A DNA stretch of 61,153 nucleotides, filler included, from Hausera hauseri (GCA_046269625.1; 10 parts of 10 records of this genome joined end to end with filler, not necessarily neighbours in it), one strand, 5' to 3'; positions 21,901 through 34,600 are shown, counted from the first letter of the whole stretch. Numbers and translations: made by a program. Notes: a model not told the origin generated them from the sequence alone.

Positions 21901-24168
21901 ACTAAAGAACTGGATATAATTATCCAACCAACGAGTCATTCATTAGTTATTACAGTGCCTGACCTGAAGAACACAAACATAAAATTTGAGTGCCATCTCA
22001 ACCATAAAGTGATTAGTGAAGGAGTTCTAACTCCTGAAGAACCAACATCCGCATGCATGTTTCTAAAAGCCGACACAAACTATAAAGTCATCATAATAGA
22101 ATTAGATGATGAAGGAGAAAAGTTAAGAACGGTTTTTCGTACAGAAAAGACTTTAAAACAAACAATAACCACCCCAAAAATTATACGAAGAGTGACGGTG
22201 CAGGAGCCAGAACAAACTTCTAATAAAAACCTTTGGATAATTAGTGTATTATGTGTCTTCTTAATATTACTAGCTATACTTCTACCTTTAGCAATTTACC
22301 GTTCAAAAATGAAGCAACGACGGCGTAAAATTAGGGAAATGTTAAATCAGTTAAAAATGTTAAGGAAAGACTCCCAAGAATCGTTAGTAGACATAAGTGC
22401 GCTTTTTTCACAAAAACAACGGCAAGTTGAAGAACTTACCGATCTGGAGCGGCAAATTCAACCGCTTAAAAGTAGGCAAGCCGAAAAGCTTGCCGACCAA
22501 AAGCGGCTAGTACAACCGCTAAAATATGAACAAACTGAGGAATTTCCAAATGAAGAGTGGCAATCCCGACCGCTTAAAACTATAACCATGTATTTATGCA
22601 CAAAAATTCAGGACCAGGCCGCAAGATTTTTAGCGACCTATATTTATAGACAGTCAAAATACAAAGATATTATTATATGTAGAAAATTTTGGCCGCTGTT
22701 GATATTAATTTTTTTAGTCGGCGAAGGATCCGAACAGGCCCAGCGACCGAACAGTTTTTACCACAATATTGTTGCCAATCTACTGGCGTCCAGCAAAAAT
22801 TATGTTTACTATAAACAAGCCCATATGATACCGAATCATCTAAAAGGACACACTATAAATCAAAGAAGTGGCCTTATAATCAAGTTACAAACACATTCTA
22901 CTAAATTATCCGATTTGATCGATCTTACAAGTAAAGCCATGGCCATTTACATTTCAGTATCGAAAGGAACAATTCAATTAAAAAGCAAAGTTCTCCCTAA
23001 CGGAATCACAGATATAATTAACATTCCATCCCCAACCACGATTAGATTGGACGACAAATTCTTCAAAAATGTAGAAATAACTATCAGAATCATGAATGAA
23101 ATTCATCCAATCTTATATATCGAAGTTATCAAACAAGAAAATATCTTCCATAATGAATTAAAACAATTCAATTACCCAATACCAATTCCTAATGACTCTT
23201 TATTAGAAAAAGGTGTATCATTCGCAAGATCAACTCAAATACGGAAAGAAGATATAGTAATTGTGACTACTAACTCTGCGTATGTCATGCAACCAGTCCG
23301 CAAGATGGAAGTAACACTGATAGAAGTAACCATTATGGATTTAGATGGTAAAATCGTTTTCGATAAAATATTATGTCCACGTGACAGAATAGATAATTAC
23401 AATAGTCACGTAACCGGCCTAAGAGAACCGGACATAATAGGACAAATAGATCTCTTACAAACTTATCCTTTGATCAAAACTCATCTTACTGGAAAAATTA
23501 TCGTTGGAATGAATGTATTTTATACTCTTAATTACATTCTTAGATGTAGTCATCATTTGGTCTTGGGTATACGAGATTTACTCTATCATGAGAAGGCCAA
23601 TCCGAAACAAGAATTTAATCCTAAATATATCTTAACTGCATTCAATAATGGCGTCTATCCTCAAAGAACAAAAGCCAAAGCGAAATCAATGTTGGACATA
23701 TATAATTCAATTCCAGAATATAAAAATGAAAACTTAATGGACAAACTATCCCCAACAGATATCCACATAACCGATATTGAAACTAAAGAAAATCCAGAGA
23801 AAACAAGAGATTCTGCAAGTAACAAACTCTCCCAGGCGTCCTCAATAGAAAATAACGAAGTAAAGGAAATAGTATTATCGTTAACGAAGGAACCTAAGAA
23901 ATTGAAACAGAAACAATCTGATCTGATGGATTTATCAACTCAAATTATGATCGATTTAACAAAAAATACCAGAAAGTCAATCTCGTCTAAAGAAACAATC
24001 ACCCTAAAACGGAAGATTAAAGAAGAAGACCAATGGTTAGAAATAGATGCAGTACGATACCGACGTCCCGATGGAACCTACAAAATTTACCCTCTGAAGC
24101 CGAGGACGGCTTCATCTAAGGAGGGAGGTGTCGAACATGTGAACCCAACAAGTGGACTAAACATGTAA
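21901..24168 (+). CDS. 3'-terminal ORF of an LTR element, 5'-truncated: FN3-like domain, TM helix, coiled coil, second hydrophobic segment, degenerate DEDDh (REXO4/ISG20-like) exonuclease domain
   Basis: The frame is open from the contig start. TSHSLVITV...LKADTNYKVII; TM LWIISVLCVFLILLAILLPLAIY followed by RSKMKQRRRK; VTIMDLDGKIVFDKILCP..IDNYNSHVTGL..LTGKIIVG..IRDL. The ORF runs through the PPT into the LTR. Confidence 0.75.
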   Translation, partial: TKELDIIIQPTSHSLVITVPDLKNTNIKFECHLNHKVISEGVLTPEEPTSACMFLKADTNYKVIIIELDDEGEKLRTVFRTEKTLKQTITTPKIIRRVTVQEPEQTSNKNLWIISVLCVFLILLAILLPLAIYRSKMKQRRRKIREMLNQLKMLRKDSQESLVDISALFSQKQRQVEELTDLERQIQPLKSRQAEKLADQKRLVQPLKYEQTEEFPNEEWQSRPLKTITMYLCTKIQDQAARFLATYIYRQSKYKDIIICRKFWPLLILIFLVGEGSEQAQRPNSFYHNIVANLLASSKNYVYYKQAHMIPNHLKGHTINQRSGLIIKLQTHSTKLSDLIDLTSKAMAIYISVSKGTIQLKSKVLPNGITDIINIPSPTTIRLDDKFFKNVEITIRIMNEIHPILYIEVIKQENIFHNELKQFNYPIPIPNDSLLEKGVSFARSTQIRKEDIVIVTTNSAYVMQPVRKMEVTLIEVTIMDLDGKIVFDKILCPRDRIDNYNSHVTGLREPDIIGQIDLLQTYPLIKTHLTGKIIVGMNVFYTLNYILRCSHHLVLGIRDLLYHEKANPKQEFNPKYILTAFNNGVYPQRTKAKAKSMLDIYNSIPEYKNENLMDKLSPTDIHITDIETKENPEKTRDSASNKLSQASSIENNEVKEIVLSLTKEPKKLKQKQSDLMDLSTQIMIDLTKNTRKSISSKETITLKRKIKEEDQWLEIDAVRYRRPDGTYKIYPLKPRTASSKEGGVEHVNPTSGLNM

Positions 24169-24859
24169 ATAATTTGTCGAACTGACCGATATTGTCGAAT
24201 CGATTGATAAACTGCTGTGAACTAATTGTTAAATTGTTAAATCGGTTGATAAATTTAAAAACAAAATTAAAATTAACTTTTGTTATTGTTTTCGGTTAAA
24301 TTTTCATTCTCATCCAATTATCTTGTTATTTTGAAAACCGAGTGTCAATTTCTTACATTTTTATGTAGAAAAGGGGTATATAAACCCCAACATTTTGCTA
24401 TAAAAACACACGCAAATTCTTCCCATGTCTACGCATGTTTTTCATGGTTGTAAGCGTATTTTTTTTATTAATTTATTGTCATTTTTAATTTTTATTAGAC
24501 AATATTAAAGTATTATTGATTTCATCTTTTTTTATTATACGTATAAAGAAATTAACCTTTGATAGTAAGTTTAAGTAATTATAAAATTAAGGTCCCTTTT
24601 TCTCAGCGTCCATAAAGCCGCTGATTTTAAACTCATTATAAATAAGGGAGAGACCGCCAGTATTGCCTCCTGGCGTCGTACTCACACATTAGGATCAACT
24701 AAAAATCATAAATAAGTCATAGCAATCCACAGATTGCTACTCCAGAAACAAAGTAAAGATAAGTTTGAGGTGTATTAACCCAAACTCGTAATTGATTGAT
24801 CTTAGGCTTGGTGAGTAAAATCTCCAAGCCAACTTGTAATAACCTTAAACTTATCAACA
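24129..24859 (+). repeat. 3' LTR (~731 bp) preceded by PPT AAGGAGGGAGG (24118-24128)
   Basis: TGTCGA...TCAACA near-inverted termini, an internal TATATAAA box, and a length similar to the other LTRs (711-747 bp). Confidence 0.7.
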
Positions 24860-25415
24860 TGGTGACTTACTTTACATTGAATTTAAATATTTTAGTCCTA
24901 TATATAAGGAAAGAGAAATAAGAGCTGATTGTGTGGATGAGTGAAATTGCAATCAATCGGAAATGTCAAAAGCACAACCACATTATTGATATTATACGTA
25001 ATATATTTAAGCAATTTCATTTAAGCATTGATCCCATTTTTCATAAAACCCATTAAACCAACAAATTTCAAATAAGAAAAGGTAACATATTCACCGTGAA
25101 TTGTGCTCATTTCTCTTAGTTAACACGATATCCATGATAAATAGTTGCAGTATCAATGATGATTTCGAACATAATCGTTAAATTATTTTATGTTCAGAAG
25201 TTCGTTCTATTTTTTCTAATAAATTAATTGAATTTTCAATTTTTAATAAAATTAACTAATGATTTTGTTGAACATAGTAACTTTGTTTTGCATCTTCTAT
25301 CAAATGTTTCAAGTTAAATAAAACAAACGAATGTCAAATCTATCATTCTCTTATATTGAAAAAGCAAACAAAACAGTTAACAAATGTATTAAATAACATT
25401 AAACTTTTAGTTTCA

Positions 25416-25826
25416 TCAACCTCTGCCGCTGACCTCTACGTAGGCGTCTTGAACTTTGACACTTATTTCTTCCTTAAACGATTTAAATCTTTCGACATAT
25501 TCTTGTAATTCTCCGGCACAACTTTTCAATTTTTCAATTTTCACCTCTGCAGAAAGTTCTGCAGATAATTTTATTTCTTCTACTTTCAACAAGATTGTTT
25601 CGATTCCCTTCAAAATGCCTTTTAACTTTAAGCTAACTTCATTACAATCAATTCGTCGAAGAAGTAAAGCTTTGACTTTGACCTCGACATCTGCATTGAT
25701 CTCCAAATTCAAAAGGTCTTTCACTAAGCTAAACTTAACATCAAGGTTAGCGCTACCACCTATTCCGGATCCCGACACGCCAAATGAATAAATTATTGGT
25801 ATCAATAAGATTGAAAGAAAAATCAT
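25416..25826 (-). CDS. Small putative secreted helical protein (136 aa), function unknown
   Basis: N-terminal hydrophobic signal MIFLSILLIPIIYSFG, an amphipathic L/I/V/K/E pattern, 2 Cys, and TATAAA ~35-40 nt upstream. It is more GC-rich than its flanks. Confidence 0.6.
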   Translation of the reverse strand: MIFLSILLIPIIYSFGVSGSGIGGSANLDVKFSLVKDLLNLEINADVEVKVKALLLRRIDCNEVSLKLKGILKGIETILLKVEEIKLSAELSAEVKIEKLKSCAGELQEYVERFKSFKEEISVKVQDAYVEVSGRG

Positions 25827-27712
25827 TTCAAATGATTAAAATGACACGAAACGCTTTTTAATTTATACCATTGCCACATTCAAAAGTTGTTTCAACACTT
25901 CATTTTGAAGTTAAACCTTATTTCACGTGCGCAACAATCGATAATATTTGTTTGACAATTTCAAACATTAAACAACATTAAAGTGGGACAAACAAGGAAA
26001 AACATAATAAATCTATAAGTTCTCTTTTGGAGACAACCTGTGGGCAGACTGATATTTCAATATCTTAAGCTTGCAGCACTCAGTTTAAGGGACCGTTTCA
26101 TACATAAGTATATTCAAAATCAGCAGTCATTGATGTTAAATGTTTTTAGGATGCTTTGGCATAAAATCAGTGATTTCTGCCTTGTGTTTGCTTCTATATT
26201 CAGACTTGATTAGTCTCACTGCAAATATACAAACACACTAGAACTGAGTTTTATCATAATCTTTAAGTAAAAACCCACCTTTTGTTTTAAGATAAATGTA
26301 AAATATTTACAATAACAAGATGAAATATATTGTTTAAAACAATATATTGTTCAAAACAGAATTAACATAATCANNNNNNNNNNNNNNNNNNNNNNNNNNN
26401 NNNNNNNNNNNNNNNNNTTAATTAATTAANNNNNNNNNNNNNNNNNNNNNNNNNNNNNNNNNNNNNNNNNNNNGCTCTACTCCCATTGGTCACTTTTCCT
26501 TCCCTCGATGACGTGTTTCCTCCGATTGGCTTCCTTCTTTCCCTGGGGGGGTTGGTGCCAAGTCCTCACTTCCATCTACTTACATTTTTTTGTGATTTCA
26601 ATTTTGCAATTCAGACAAATTATCATAACAATGTGAATATTTGTGTATAAGTAATAAATTCTTGCACATATCTGTCTTCTTGTTTTTGATTATGTTAAGC
26701 AAAGTAACCTATTAACTAAAATAATAATTAAATAATTAATATTCAAAAAAATTATTTTGTCTCCTCACTCATCAGACTTGCACCCCAGAATATTAGAATT
26801 ATTGGCCCTCCATTCACCAGATTTTCATCACAAGCACCCTAAAGAGAATAAATTATCGTATTACAAGTACCTTATTTAATATGAACTAAAATACAAATCA
26901 CTTAATTTAACTGATGACTAACCAGTCATAGAATTTGGGAATCTCAAATTCATAAATTCCGCAACTGCATTTTTACAAAATGCCAGTCATCGAAAATTAC
27001 TGGCATTTCGATCAAAAACCAAGTACCCCGATTTGGAGAAAAACTCGAAATCGCACACGGTTCGCACAACCCGTGTCACACTTTGCATGAATCAGAATCC
27101 CCATACAATCCGTGACATTTTCCAAATCCAAACCCATAATTCCCATAAGGACAGAAAATCTTCACGAATTGCCAATCAATAAGTATGAGTCAAAGCACGC
27201 GGTAGATTCTAAAAAATGTAAATGTAAATGCACAATTTTTTTAAATCCATCATGACTCAGAAAAAGGCGTCCAGAATTTTGAAAATTACAAAAGCCAATA
27301 CACTACTCGGGCAATGAGTTTTAAAAAAATCCAATTCTAAAATCACAATTCCCAGCCCCACGTACTTTCTATAACAAAGGCTGTTCTCCTAATTCAGTTT
27401 CACCAGATATTTACTAATAATAAAACTTTCTGACATGTTAATTCCAGATTTTATTACAATTTATACCATTTCCATATCTCAGTCAGATGTAAAAATATAA
27501 ATTATTACATGCCAACTGTGGTGCCCACCGCGGCTGGTGCCCTCTNNNNNNNNNNCCAGAACAGCAAATTCAGACGGAACTTAAAAAATTCAGTCAAACT
27601 CAACCGATGATTATGAACACTGAACAATATTTATTAGTGGTCCTAAAACATTAACAATAAAACCAATAATTTTGTTATCCGAAATATCACTGCAATCTGA
27701 ACCGACTATGAC

Positions 27713-27830
27713 TGTGGTACCCATGGCGGCCGGTGGCCTTTGGCCCATTTTGGTTGGGCGCGGCCGGATGTCCGTTATCGCCGCATCGGATCCATAGTCG
27801 GGCCCGATCTCCCGCCTCGAAGGTTCCACA
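27713..27830 (+). mobile_element. 118-bp solo-LTR-like insertion; related 5' ends at 27517-27545 and 21765-21800
   Basis: Termini TGTGGTACC...GGTTCCACA are inverted, with a near 4-bp TSD (TGAC/AGAC). The 5' end shares GGTG(G/C)CCTTTGGCCCAT with the LTR start of the C3 element. Confidence 0.75.
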
Positions 27831-28099
27831 AGACGATTTACCCACAGATGAATGAAGAAGAAAGTCTTTACGTTATTCCAAAATCTGTATTAATCGATTC
27901 AGTCACCTCACCTACGCAAAACTCTCAATCTCTTGTTATCCGTTATCAGAAACCCGACTCATTCATCAGACCCACCGACGAAATGCATTAAACCCGGTAA
28001 TAACTTTTAAGTATAAAACGGAGGTCCGAAAATGATGTTGGAGTAAGCAGATTTCCAAGTTGGTGTTGACACTGAAGAAAATGGGTAGAATACTCGAAT

Positions 28100-31000
28100 G
28101 TGTATTATTTACGGCTAGGCTGGCAAAATATGCCAATCCAGTCGTCAATTCCCTCGATAAATGGCGAGTATTCAGGTGACATCTGTTCAGAAAAACGTGT
28201 AATTGAAATATCACAATCGGCCTTTTTAGATATGTCTTATCAGAAAAGTGATTCTGTGATGCTTACTTGTCTTGCCAAGCAACAGTCTGAAGACCAAAAT
28301 CTAGACAAACTTATGTCGTCTTCTGTGATGGTTGATATTCCGATATCTAATACACATAAACAAAGTAACCAATCTCTGAAATCGAACGACGAAACACTGG
28401 AAAAAGCATCCATGCCAAGCGATTATGTGAAACCAATGACGACTCCAATCGTTGATGTTTCCAAAGCATCCGAGTCACATTTACATTCTGATACAACTGA
28501 ACAAGCAATCAGCGACGCAACAATGTACAGTTGTGCAGCTAATATTCATATTGAGGCGCAAAATCAAGAAAAGGCTGTTCCGGTATCATCTCTTATGCTG
28601 AATAATGTTTTTGTATCTGTTGAAAATCCGAGAAAATTCCAGCATCTAATCTTCAATATTGGTAATGAATACCGAAATGAGTCGATGTCTAAGGCCTCAA
28701 AGTCTTTAATTACTTGTGATAAAAATAAAAATTCGGAAACACCTATTCTGTGTGAAAGTGCCAAGGATGACTCGGAAACTCTGAATTTAATACCCGAACC
28801 TCAATCAGAAGAACAAAATGAGGAAAAAGCTGTTATTATTGATTCGTCCATAGATGATGTAGATTTACCTATTCGACATCGACTAAAAGGCATGCTTCCA
28901 GACACTGTTACTGAAGAAGAAAGTCTACAAGAATCTTATTCAAACAATATGAAATCATTTACGCAAAGTAACAGTACCGAACATACAGAAATGTTAATGC
29001 TGTGTGACATAAAAAGAAGTGAGTCTGATGCATTTAGTCTTATGGTCGAAAAGCCATCTGGTAAAGCTCTCACGGAAGAGGATTCTAGGTTAGAATTGGA
29101 ATTTATGGGTATACATAATGTTCCTGACAAATGTGATGACCGGGATCAGTTTATCGCCACAAATCTAAAGGTAGGATTATCTAAATCATCCATACGTAAT
29201 ACTAATATAAGAGACATATTAACAAAACCAGTTGTACAGATTACTAAAACGTCCCCACCAGAAACACATATTGATGTTACAGAGAATTCAATAGACGATT
29301 CAGAAACAGCTGGTTTACGTGATGAATTACTGACTGAAGCAAGTGATCGGCAAACAATAACTGTTGACCCTCCGTTGGTGAATTCCGACCAGGTTCGTGT
29401 CGAAAATCCAGAAATTAAACATTCGTCAAATTCAGAAATCAAAAGTTCAAAGATCTCTGTACCGGTTGTTGAAGTCCCCAAGGCTTTTCCATCAGATATA
29501 CGCAGTTTAACAGTTGACTCTGAAAATTGCGCAATGAGCAATTATGAGCAAGCTTATTATTCTAATCTGTTAGAAACTAATCCCGAAGTTGATCAAAGTA
29601 TTCAGTCGTCTAAAACTTGTCCACACGTTCATATATCAAAATTTCCTTCTTCAGAACTGTCTAACAATGATTATGTTGGGGATGATTCAAAAACACTTAG
29701 TTTTGTAGCTAATGTACAGACAAACGAACATAATCTAGATAAAGGCCCCAGTGTACAATCTGAAATTATGGATTGTATTAATCAACTCTCTGGAAATCAG
29801 GACAATGATCCGTCTCGAAATTCGGATGTAGACGTTGGCATGTCAGGATGTTCTCAATCGAAGCTTTTAAAACCTTCAAAATGTAATGAGAATACTAAAC
29901 GTTCAGGTAATCATATTAGTGAAGTGTCGAAAGTATCTTCAACTATTATTGGTGAAAATTTAAGAGATGATAAAAAAGAGTCTAAGTTGGCAATCGATAT
30001 ACAATCTAATGAACATAATCTGAGTGAGTGTAATATAATACAGCCGTCAATGTCGGATAGTATTCAAAAATATGTTGACATTGTACAAAAGAACCCATCT
30101 TTAAATTTAAATTTTGAAGAAGCGCCTTCAAAAAGTGCAAAGTATAAAGATTCACAACCTTCAGAAACTACTATTATTGAGTTAAGTAAAGAATTACCAC
30201 CGGAAATCGAAACTAAGGTTAGTGATACTGTAAAGAACGAGTCGAGTTTCATGGCTAAAGAAGGAAATCAGCAGCATATTGTTGGTAGCCGATTGAGTGA
30301 TGATGGTCAAAGTCAAGTAAATGACCAAACAAATTTGGATGATGGCAATGAAAAATCTGAAAAGTCTATATTACAAGCATCCGTAGAATCCGTCCCACGT
30401 TCCCAGTTAGAAATTGATGCTGATCTAACAATGAACGAATTCAAAGAATATTCAAAGACGTCTACGTTGACAGTTGAAGTACGATCAAAAGAATGTTATG
30501 AGGAGCCAAATCTTAAAATTAGTTCTAATATAACTGACGTGCCAAAGACACTTGATTATACAGCCGATGAAGAAAAGCAAATTGGTAGAACCCAGTTGTC
30601 GAAAGACATTCCAGCAAGTTTCAGTTCTGACAATGATAATTCTAAAAAGTTGCAATCCAAAGTTCCTCCGATAGAAGTAAGTGCTGATTTAACGTCAAGT
30701 AAATTTAAAGATTATTCAAAGACGTCTAGTCAAACGATTGAAGGGCAGGGTAAAATATGTAGTGAAGAGCAAAACCCTAGAATCGACGATAGTGCCATTT
30801 GTGAATCAAGAACATTTAATGACGACATTAGTGAAGGAAATCGACAGCAAAGTACCCACCAGATGACGAATGATGATCATAAAACTGTTGAAAATAAAGA
30901 AATATCCGAAACAAATCAGAATATTGGCAGTGATAACTCCGCAAAATCATTGGTAAAAGTTTCCAAGGAATCCAATCAAAGTAGCGATATTTCCCAGGTG

Positions 31001-31657
31001 GAAGTAAATACTGATATATCACGAGTGTTCAAAGAAAATTCACAAACGTCTACTATGACAATTGAAGCACAACCTGCAGTGTCTAGTGAAGAGAAAAACT
31101 TGACTGAAACATCCCAGCAGGATAAAGATACTTCCGAAGCTGTTAAAAGTAAAACAAATGATCCATATGTGTTGCAGAAACCGAAAACGTCTGATAAAGA
31201 TGAAAATGATATCAAGTCGGAATTAAATAGCTCTTTGAATAGTAAGGCGATTCAGTCTTTTACATTTTTAAGTGAAGACGAAAGCAAAATGACGAGTACA
31301 GTGAAGAATAATATGGCGGAACAAACTGAAACTTCCGACGCAGTTACATCGATTGTTGATTCAAATGATTCTTCACTGACAAAAGTAGAGTCTATTCCAA
31401 CGAGGCATTCAGATTATTCAGAAGACCTAAATTTTAAGCCTAAAAACTTTATTCCAAAAGTACCTTCTGATAATGTATATTATTTAACGTCTGTTCTTGT
31501 TCATTCCGGAAGTGCATATGGTGGTCATTATATTTGTTATAAAAAAACAGGTGGTCAGTGGTTTCTGACTAATGATTCATGGATTTCGCCAGTTTCATTC
31601 AAAGAGGTATTACGACATCAAGCCTATATATTATTTTATGAAAGGCTGAACGAATAA
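28100..31657 (+). CDS. Ubiquitin-specific protease (peptidase C19) C-terminal part with a very long S/E/D-rich repetitive insert; N-terminal Cys box not seen
   Basis: His box [40 protein letters not shown], and AATAAA at 31711. Confidence 0.8.
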   Translation: MYYLRLGWQNMPIQSSIPSINGEYSGDICSEKRVIEISQSAFLDMSYQKSDSVMLTCLAKQQSEDQNLDKLMSSSVMVDIPISNTHKQSNQSLKSNDETLEKASMPSDYVKPMTTPIVDVSKASESHLHSDTTEQAISDATMYSCAANIHIEAQNQEKAVPVSSLMLNNVFVSVENPRKFQHLIFNIGNEYRNESMSKASKSLITCDKNKNSETPILCESAKDDSETLNLIPEPQSEEQNEEKAVIIDSSIDDVDLPIRHRLKGMLPDTVTEEESLQESYSNNMKSFTQSNSTEHTEMLMLCDIKRSESDAFSLMVEKPSGKALTEEDSRLELEFMGIHNVPDKCDDRDQFIATNLKVGLSKSSIRNTNIRDILTKPVVQITKTSPPETHIDVTENSIDDSETAGLRDELLTEASDRQTITVDPPLVNSDQVRVENPEIKHSSNSEIKSSKISVPVVEVPKAFPSDIRSLTVDSENCAMSNYEQAYYSNLLETNPEVDQSIQSSKTCPHVHISKFPSSELSNNDYVGDDSKTLSFVANVQTNEHNLDKGPSVQSEIMDCINQLSGNQDNDPSRNSDVDVGMSGCSQSKLLKPSKCNENTKRSGNHISEVSKVSSTIIGENLRDDKKESKLAIDIQSNEHNLSECNIIQPSMSDSIQKYVDIVQKNPSLNLNFEEAPSKSAKYKDSQPSETTIIELSKELPPEIETKVSDTVKNESSFMAKEGNQQHIVGSRLSDDGQSQVNDQTNLDDGNEKSEKSILQASVESVPRSQLEIDADLTMNEFKEYSKTSTLTVEVRSKECYEEPNLKISSNITDVPKTLDYTADEEKQIGRTQLSKDIPASFSSDNDNSKKLQSKVPPIEVSADLTSSKFKDYSKTSSQTIEGQGKICSEEQNPRIDDSAICESRTFNDDISEGNRQQSTHQMTNDDHKTVENKEISETNQNIGSDNSAKSLVKVSKESNQSSDISQVEVNTDISRVFKENSQTSTMTIEAQPAVSSEEKNLTETSQQDKDTSEAVKSKTNDPYVLQKPKTSDKDENDIKSELNSSLNSKAIQSFTFLSEDESKMTSTVKNNMAEQTETSDAVTSIVDSNDSSLTKVESIPTRHSDYSEDLNFKPKNFIPKVPSDNVYYLTSVLVHSGSAYGGHYICYKKTGGQWFLTNDSWISPVSFKEVLRHQAYILFYERLNE

Positions 31658-34600
31658 TTATAATGTATTTAAGTATTGAGCAATGTTACTTTTAACTATC
31701 TTTTATGATGAATAAATTTGATATTATTTGTTGTTTCTTTCTTCTGCTAAAATTTAATTGTCTATTATATTTTTNNNNNNNNNNNNNNNNNNNNNNNNNN
31801 NNNNNNNNNNNNNNNNNNTTAATTAATTAANNNNNNNNNNNNNNNNNNNNNNNNNNNNNNNNNNNNNNNNNNNNGAAAAACGTTGAACAAGTCCCGAAGC
31901 CGGGCGGCTGTATATAATCATTTGCTGACACATATCCTGTTGGCGTTCCCCTTTCATCCTTTATGCGGGAAGCTCTTTTAACCATTCAAATGCTCCCGCT
32001 ACCTCCGGCTACGGCAACTGCGGTTTAGAAACGCCATCCGGTCGAGTCATGCACGCTAGAGGAGCGGAAACAATATTTAGCGCTTCGCAGTGCAAATCAG
32101 TTCCTCGAGCCAGCCGTCGGCGGGAAAACCAACGCCCGCAACCCCTCAACGGCGTTTTACACTTGACTGCGGATTAGTGCTGAAAAGAGGACTTGCGGTG
32201 TGCTGCTACTGGATTTTTGGCCCTTTCCCATAAATGCTAGTAGTCTCTGTAGTTATTTGTGACTATTAGCTGACACATGGAGAGCATGTCCGCTACAATG
32301 ACGGCAGACCGTTTGTTGCGATCCGAGTGATTTCAAACTGTCGATAATAGACCGCACACAAAAATCTAGATAATAGAGCAGAAGACCATTTATCTCTGGG
32401 CCAATGAAAATACAGAATATATTTACATGATGTGTCTCCGTCAAGCGCTCTCTGCGTCACTCAGGCCCTAGAGTGTCACCAAACTGCAAAGCATTCGGTA
32501 TACTGTTCTTGTCTCTGTCCTTGTAAACCAATGTCAGATCATCTGCATAGAGGTCATGCGTCAACGCATTCGATGTGTTCATGTGTCCGGTTGACAAGGC
32601 CGTCAAAATTATTGATAAGCGACGCCAAAGGACCAAGTCCTGCGGCGCACGACCCGCAAATATCAGTATCGGTGAGTATTTTGTACAAATACACAGTCTC
32701 GTCATAGTGTCAGGCAAGGCGTCCACTGCTCAGAGTCCCAACTAGTTCGGGACACAAAAATATTGTAGTCCTCCAAAGAGCAAACTGCAATCAACAAAGG
32801 AACGAGCACGCAAAAAAGAATCTGCGAGCACGGACCCAGTCAGCCAAGAATCACTAGCTCGTAAAAAATGGAAAAATAAGTGCGCCGGCAGGCCAACAGC
32901 TGACTGATTTGGATGAAAACGCGGTTGGTGATCAAAAATGTTCTCCGCTCGATTTACGCACCTCAGTAATACGGCATTGCATTTCATCTCGTTACACACA
33001 CCACTGGTTAGTGTTATTGTGAGATATGACATCAGCACTGAAGAAGTATACTTCGTCTCCAATGTCGGAAAGATACCACCCTTTTGCTAAACTTGACGAA
33101 CAATTCCAGTTTGCACACTCTTGTTGAATATATTCAAGAGCGTTTTTCCGTCGGCACCATCAATATGTTAAAGCATTCTGAAGGAATATTATCATTCCCG
33201 CCGTTCTGCACAAATAGATTATATGACTGTTTTCTTTTTAAAGTTCATAATGACGGATCGGAATACAGCAGCTAACTACAAGTAGCCGCATTGAGATAAG
33301 GGACGTGCCGTCGGATTCTATGAGTCTTTGTAAATATGCTTGTGAGAGATGCCGGGTATTTTCACTGGCAGGCAATATTTTACCGCCAACTCCCTGTCAG
33401 TGCGGTCTGGAGAGGTTCAAGCGCGCGGATCATGGAAATTACTCGCTAGCTAAATGTGTTGTTTCTTATCGCAAATACACAGACTTTTTGGAAATTCTTC
33501 AACGCCACTTTCAGTAATTGGTGCCGGCGTTCAACAATAGGTTCATCCTTTCGGTCAGTGTCCCTCCCGACCATGAATCTGTTTTTTAGCCTATCATCTC
33601 CTGCAGATAAAAGGACAGAAGCATACTAGCACAGAGAGAGACCACATGTAGAACCACTTGCCGAACCGCTGTATTAACGCAGATTGCTAATCAATAAATA
33701 AGCTCCATCCCATTTAGTTTTCTGCAGTTCTGTTTATCCTCAGTATCATAATTTTGCTAGTTTTCCGCAGCACAAATGCAGTGAGGCCGGCTTGCTTTCA
33801 TTCTTGGGATGGCAATATCATTGTCTCCTGACAACGATGCCAAACGTGAAATAAAAATGATCATTATGAAAACGTTGTATTAATCTTCAGCCTATTGTTT
33901 CGCATTTCTTCTACAGCGTGGCATTAGCAGACGACTTTTGCCCGTCTTGTGAATACGGCTGGTTTTGACAACCCCCATCGAAGTAATCATGATGAACATC
34001 ACAGAATATCTCAACTACATCGCCCGCGTGATAGGGAGGAATCCACGCATCCTAGCCCTAGAATGGTAATCGCATTCCACCCGGTGTATCCCCAAAAATG
34101 CTCTCCAACATAGTCCCATCTGTACAATGCTTGGAACAGATCTTTTGAGGAAATATGCAGACGTTCCAAAAAGGACTCCTTGCCGGAGACAAAAAGGCAG
34201 GCACAATTCAAAACTAAAAACAACTTGTTGCCTAGTTGGAACAGGTATAATTTCCTTGATTAGGATTGAGACACCTCCGCTTTGTGGATTTCCAGCGGCG
34301 GCATCATGCCGGTATTCTGTCGCGGCGAAGTATTACGATTCAGATGCAGACAACCTCGTCTCAAAGCTACGACCGTTTGTTACTGTGTAGGAATGTAACA
34401 TCTGAGGCAACGCTCGGCATTGTTCCTCAGCCGGCCAGTCGTATTCCCTCCCGTCCCCTTTGAAGAAGCGTCCCGACAAAAAATAAGGTGCCTCCACGGA
34501 TAGGGTGCTTTCTTCCAGGGAATTGCGGGTGGCGATAGAGGCTTTTAACTTACGCTATAAAAGTTACAGTTTCTGTACTTTATTGGTGTGAGAAGCTATC

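Noticed and set aside
24860-24870. TGGTGAC after the C4 LTR as a PBS
   Set aside because: The tRNA-like match does not extend and no gag follows. It is probably flanking DNA.
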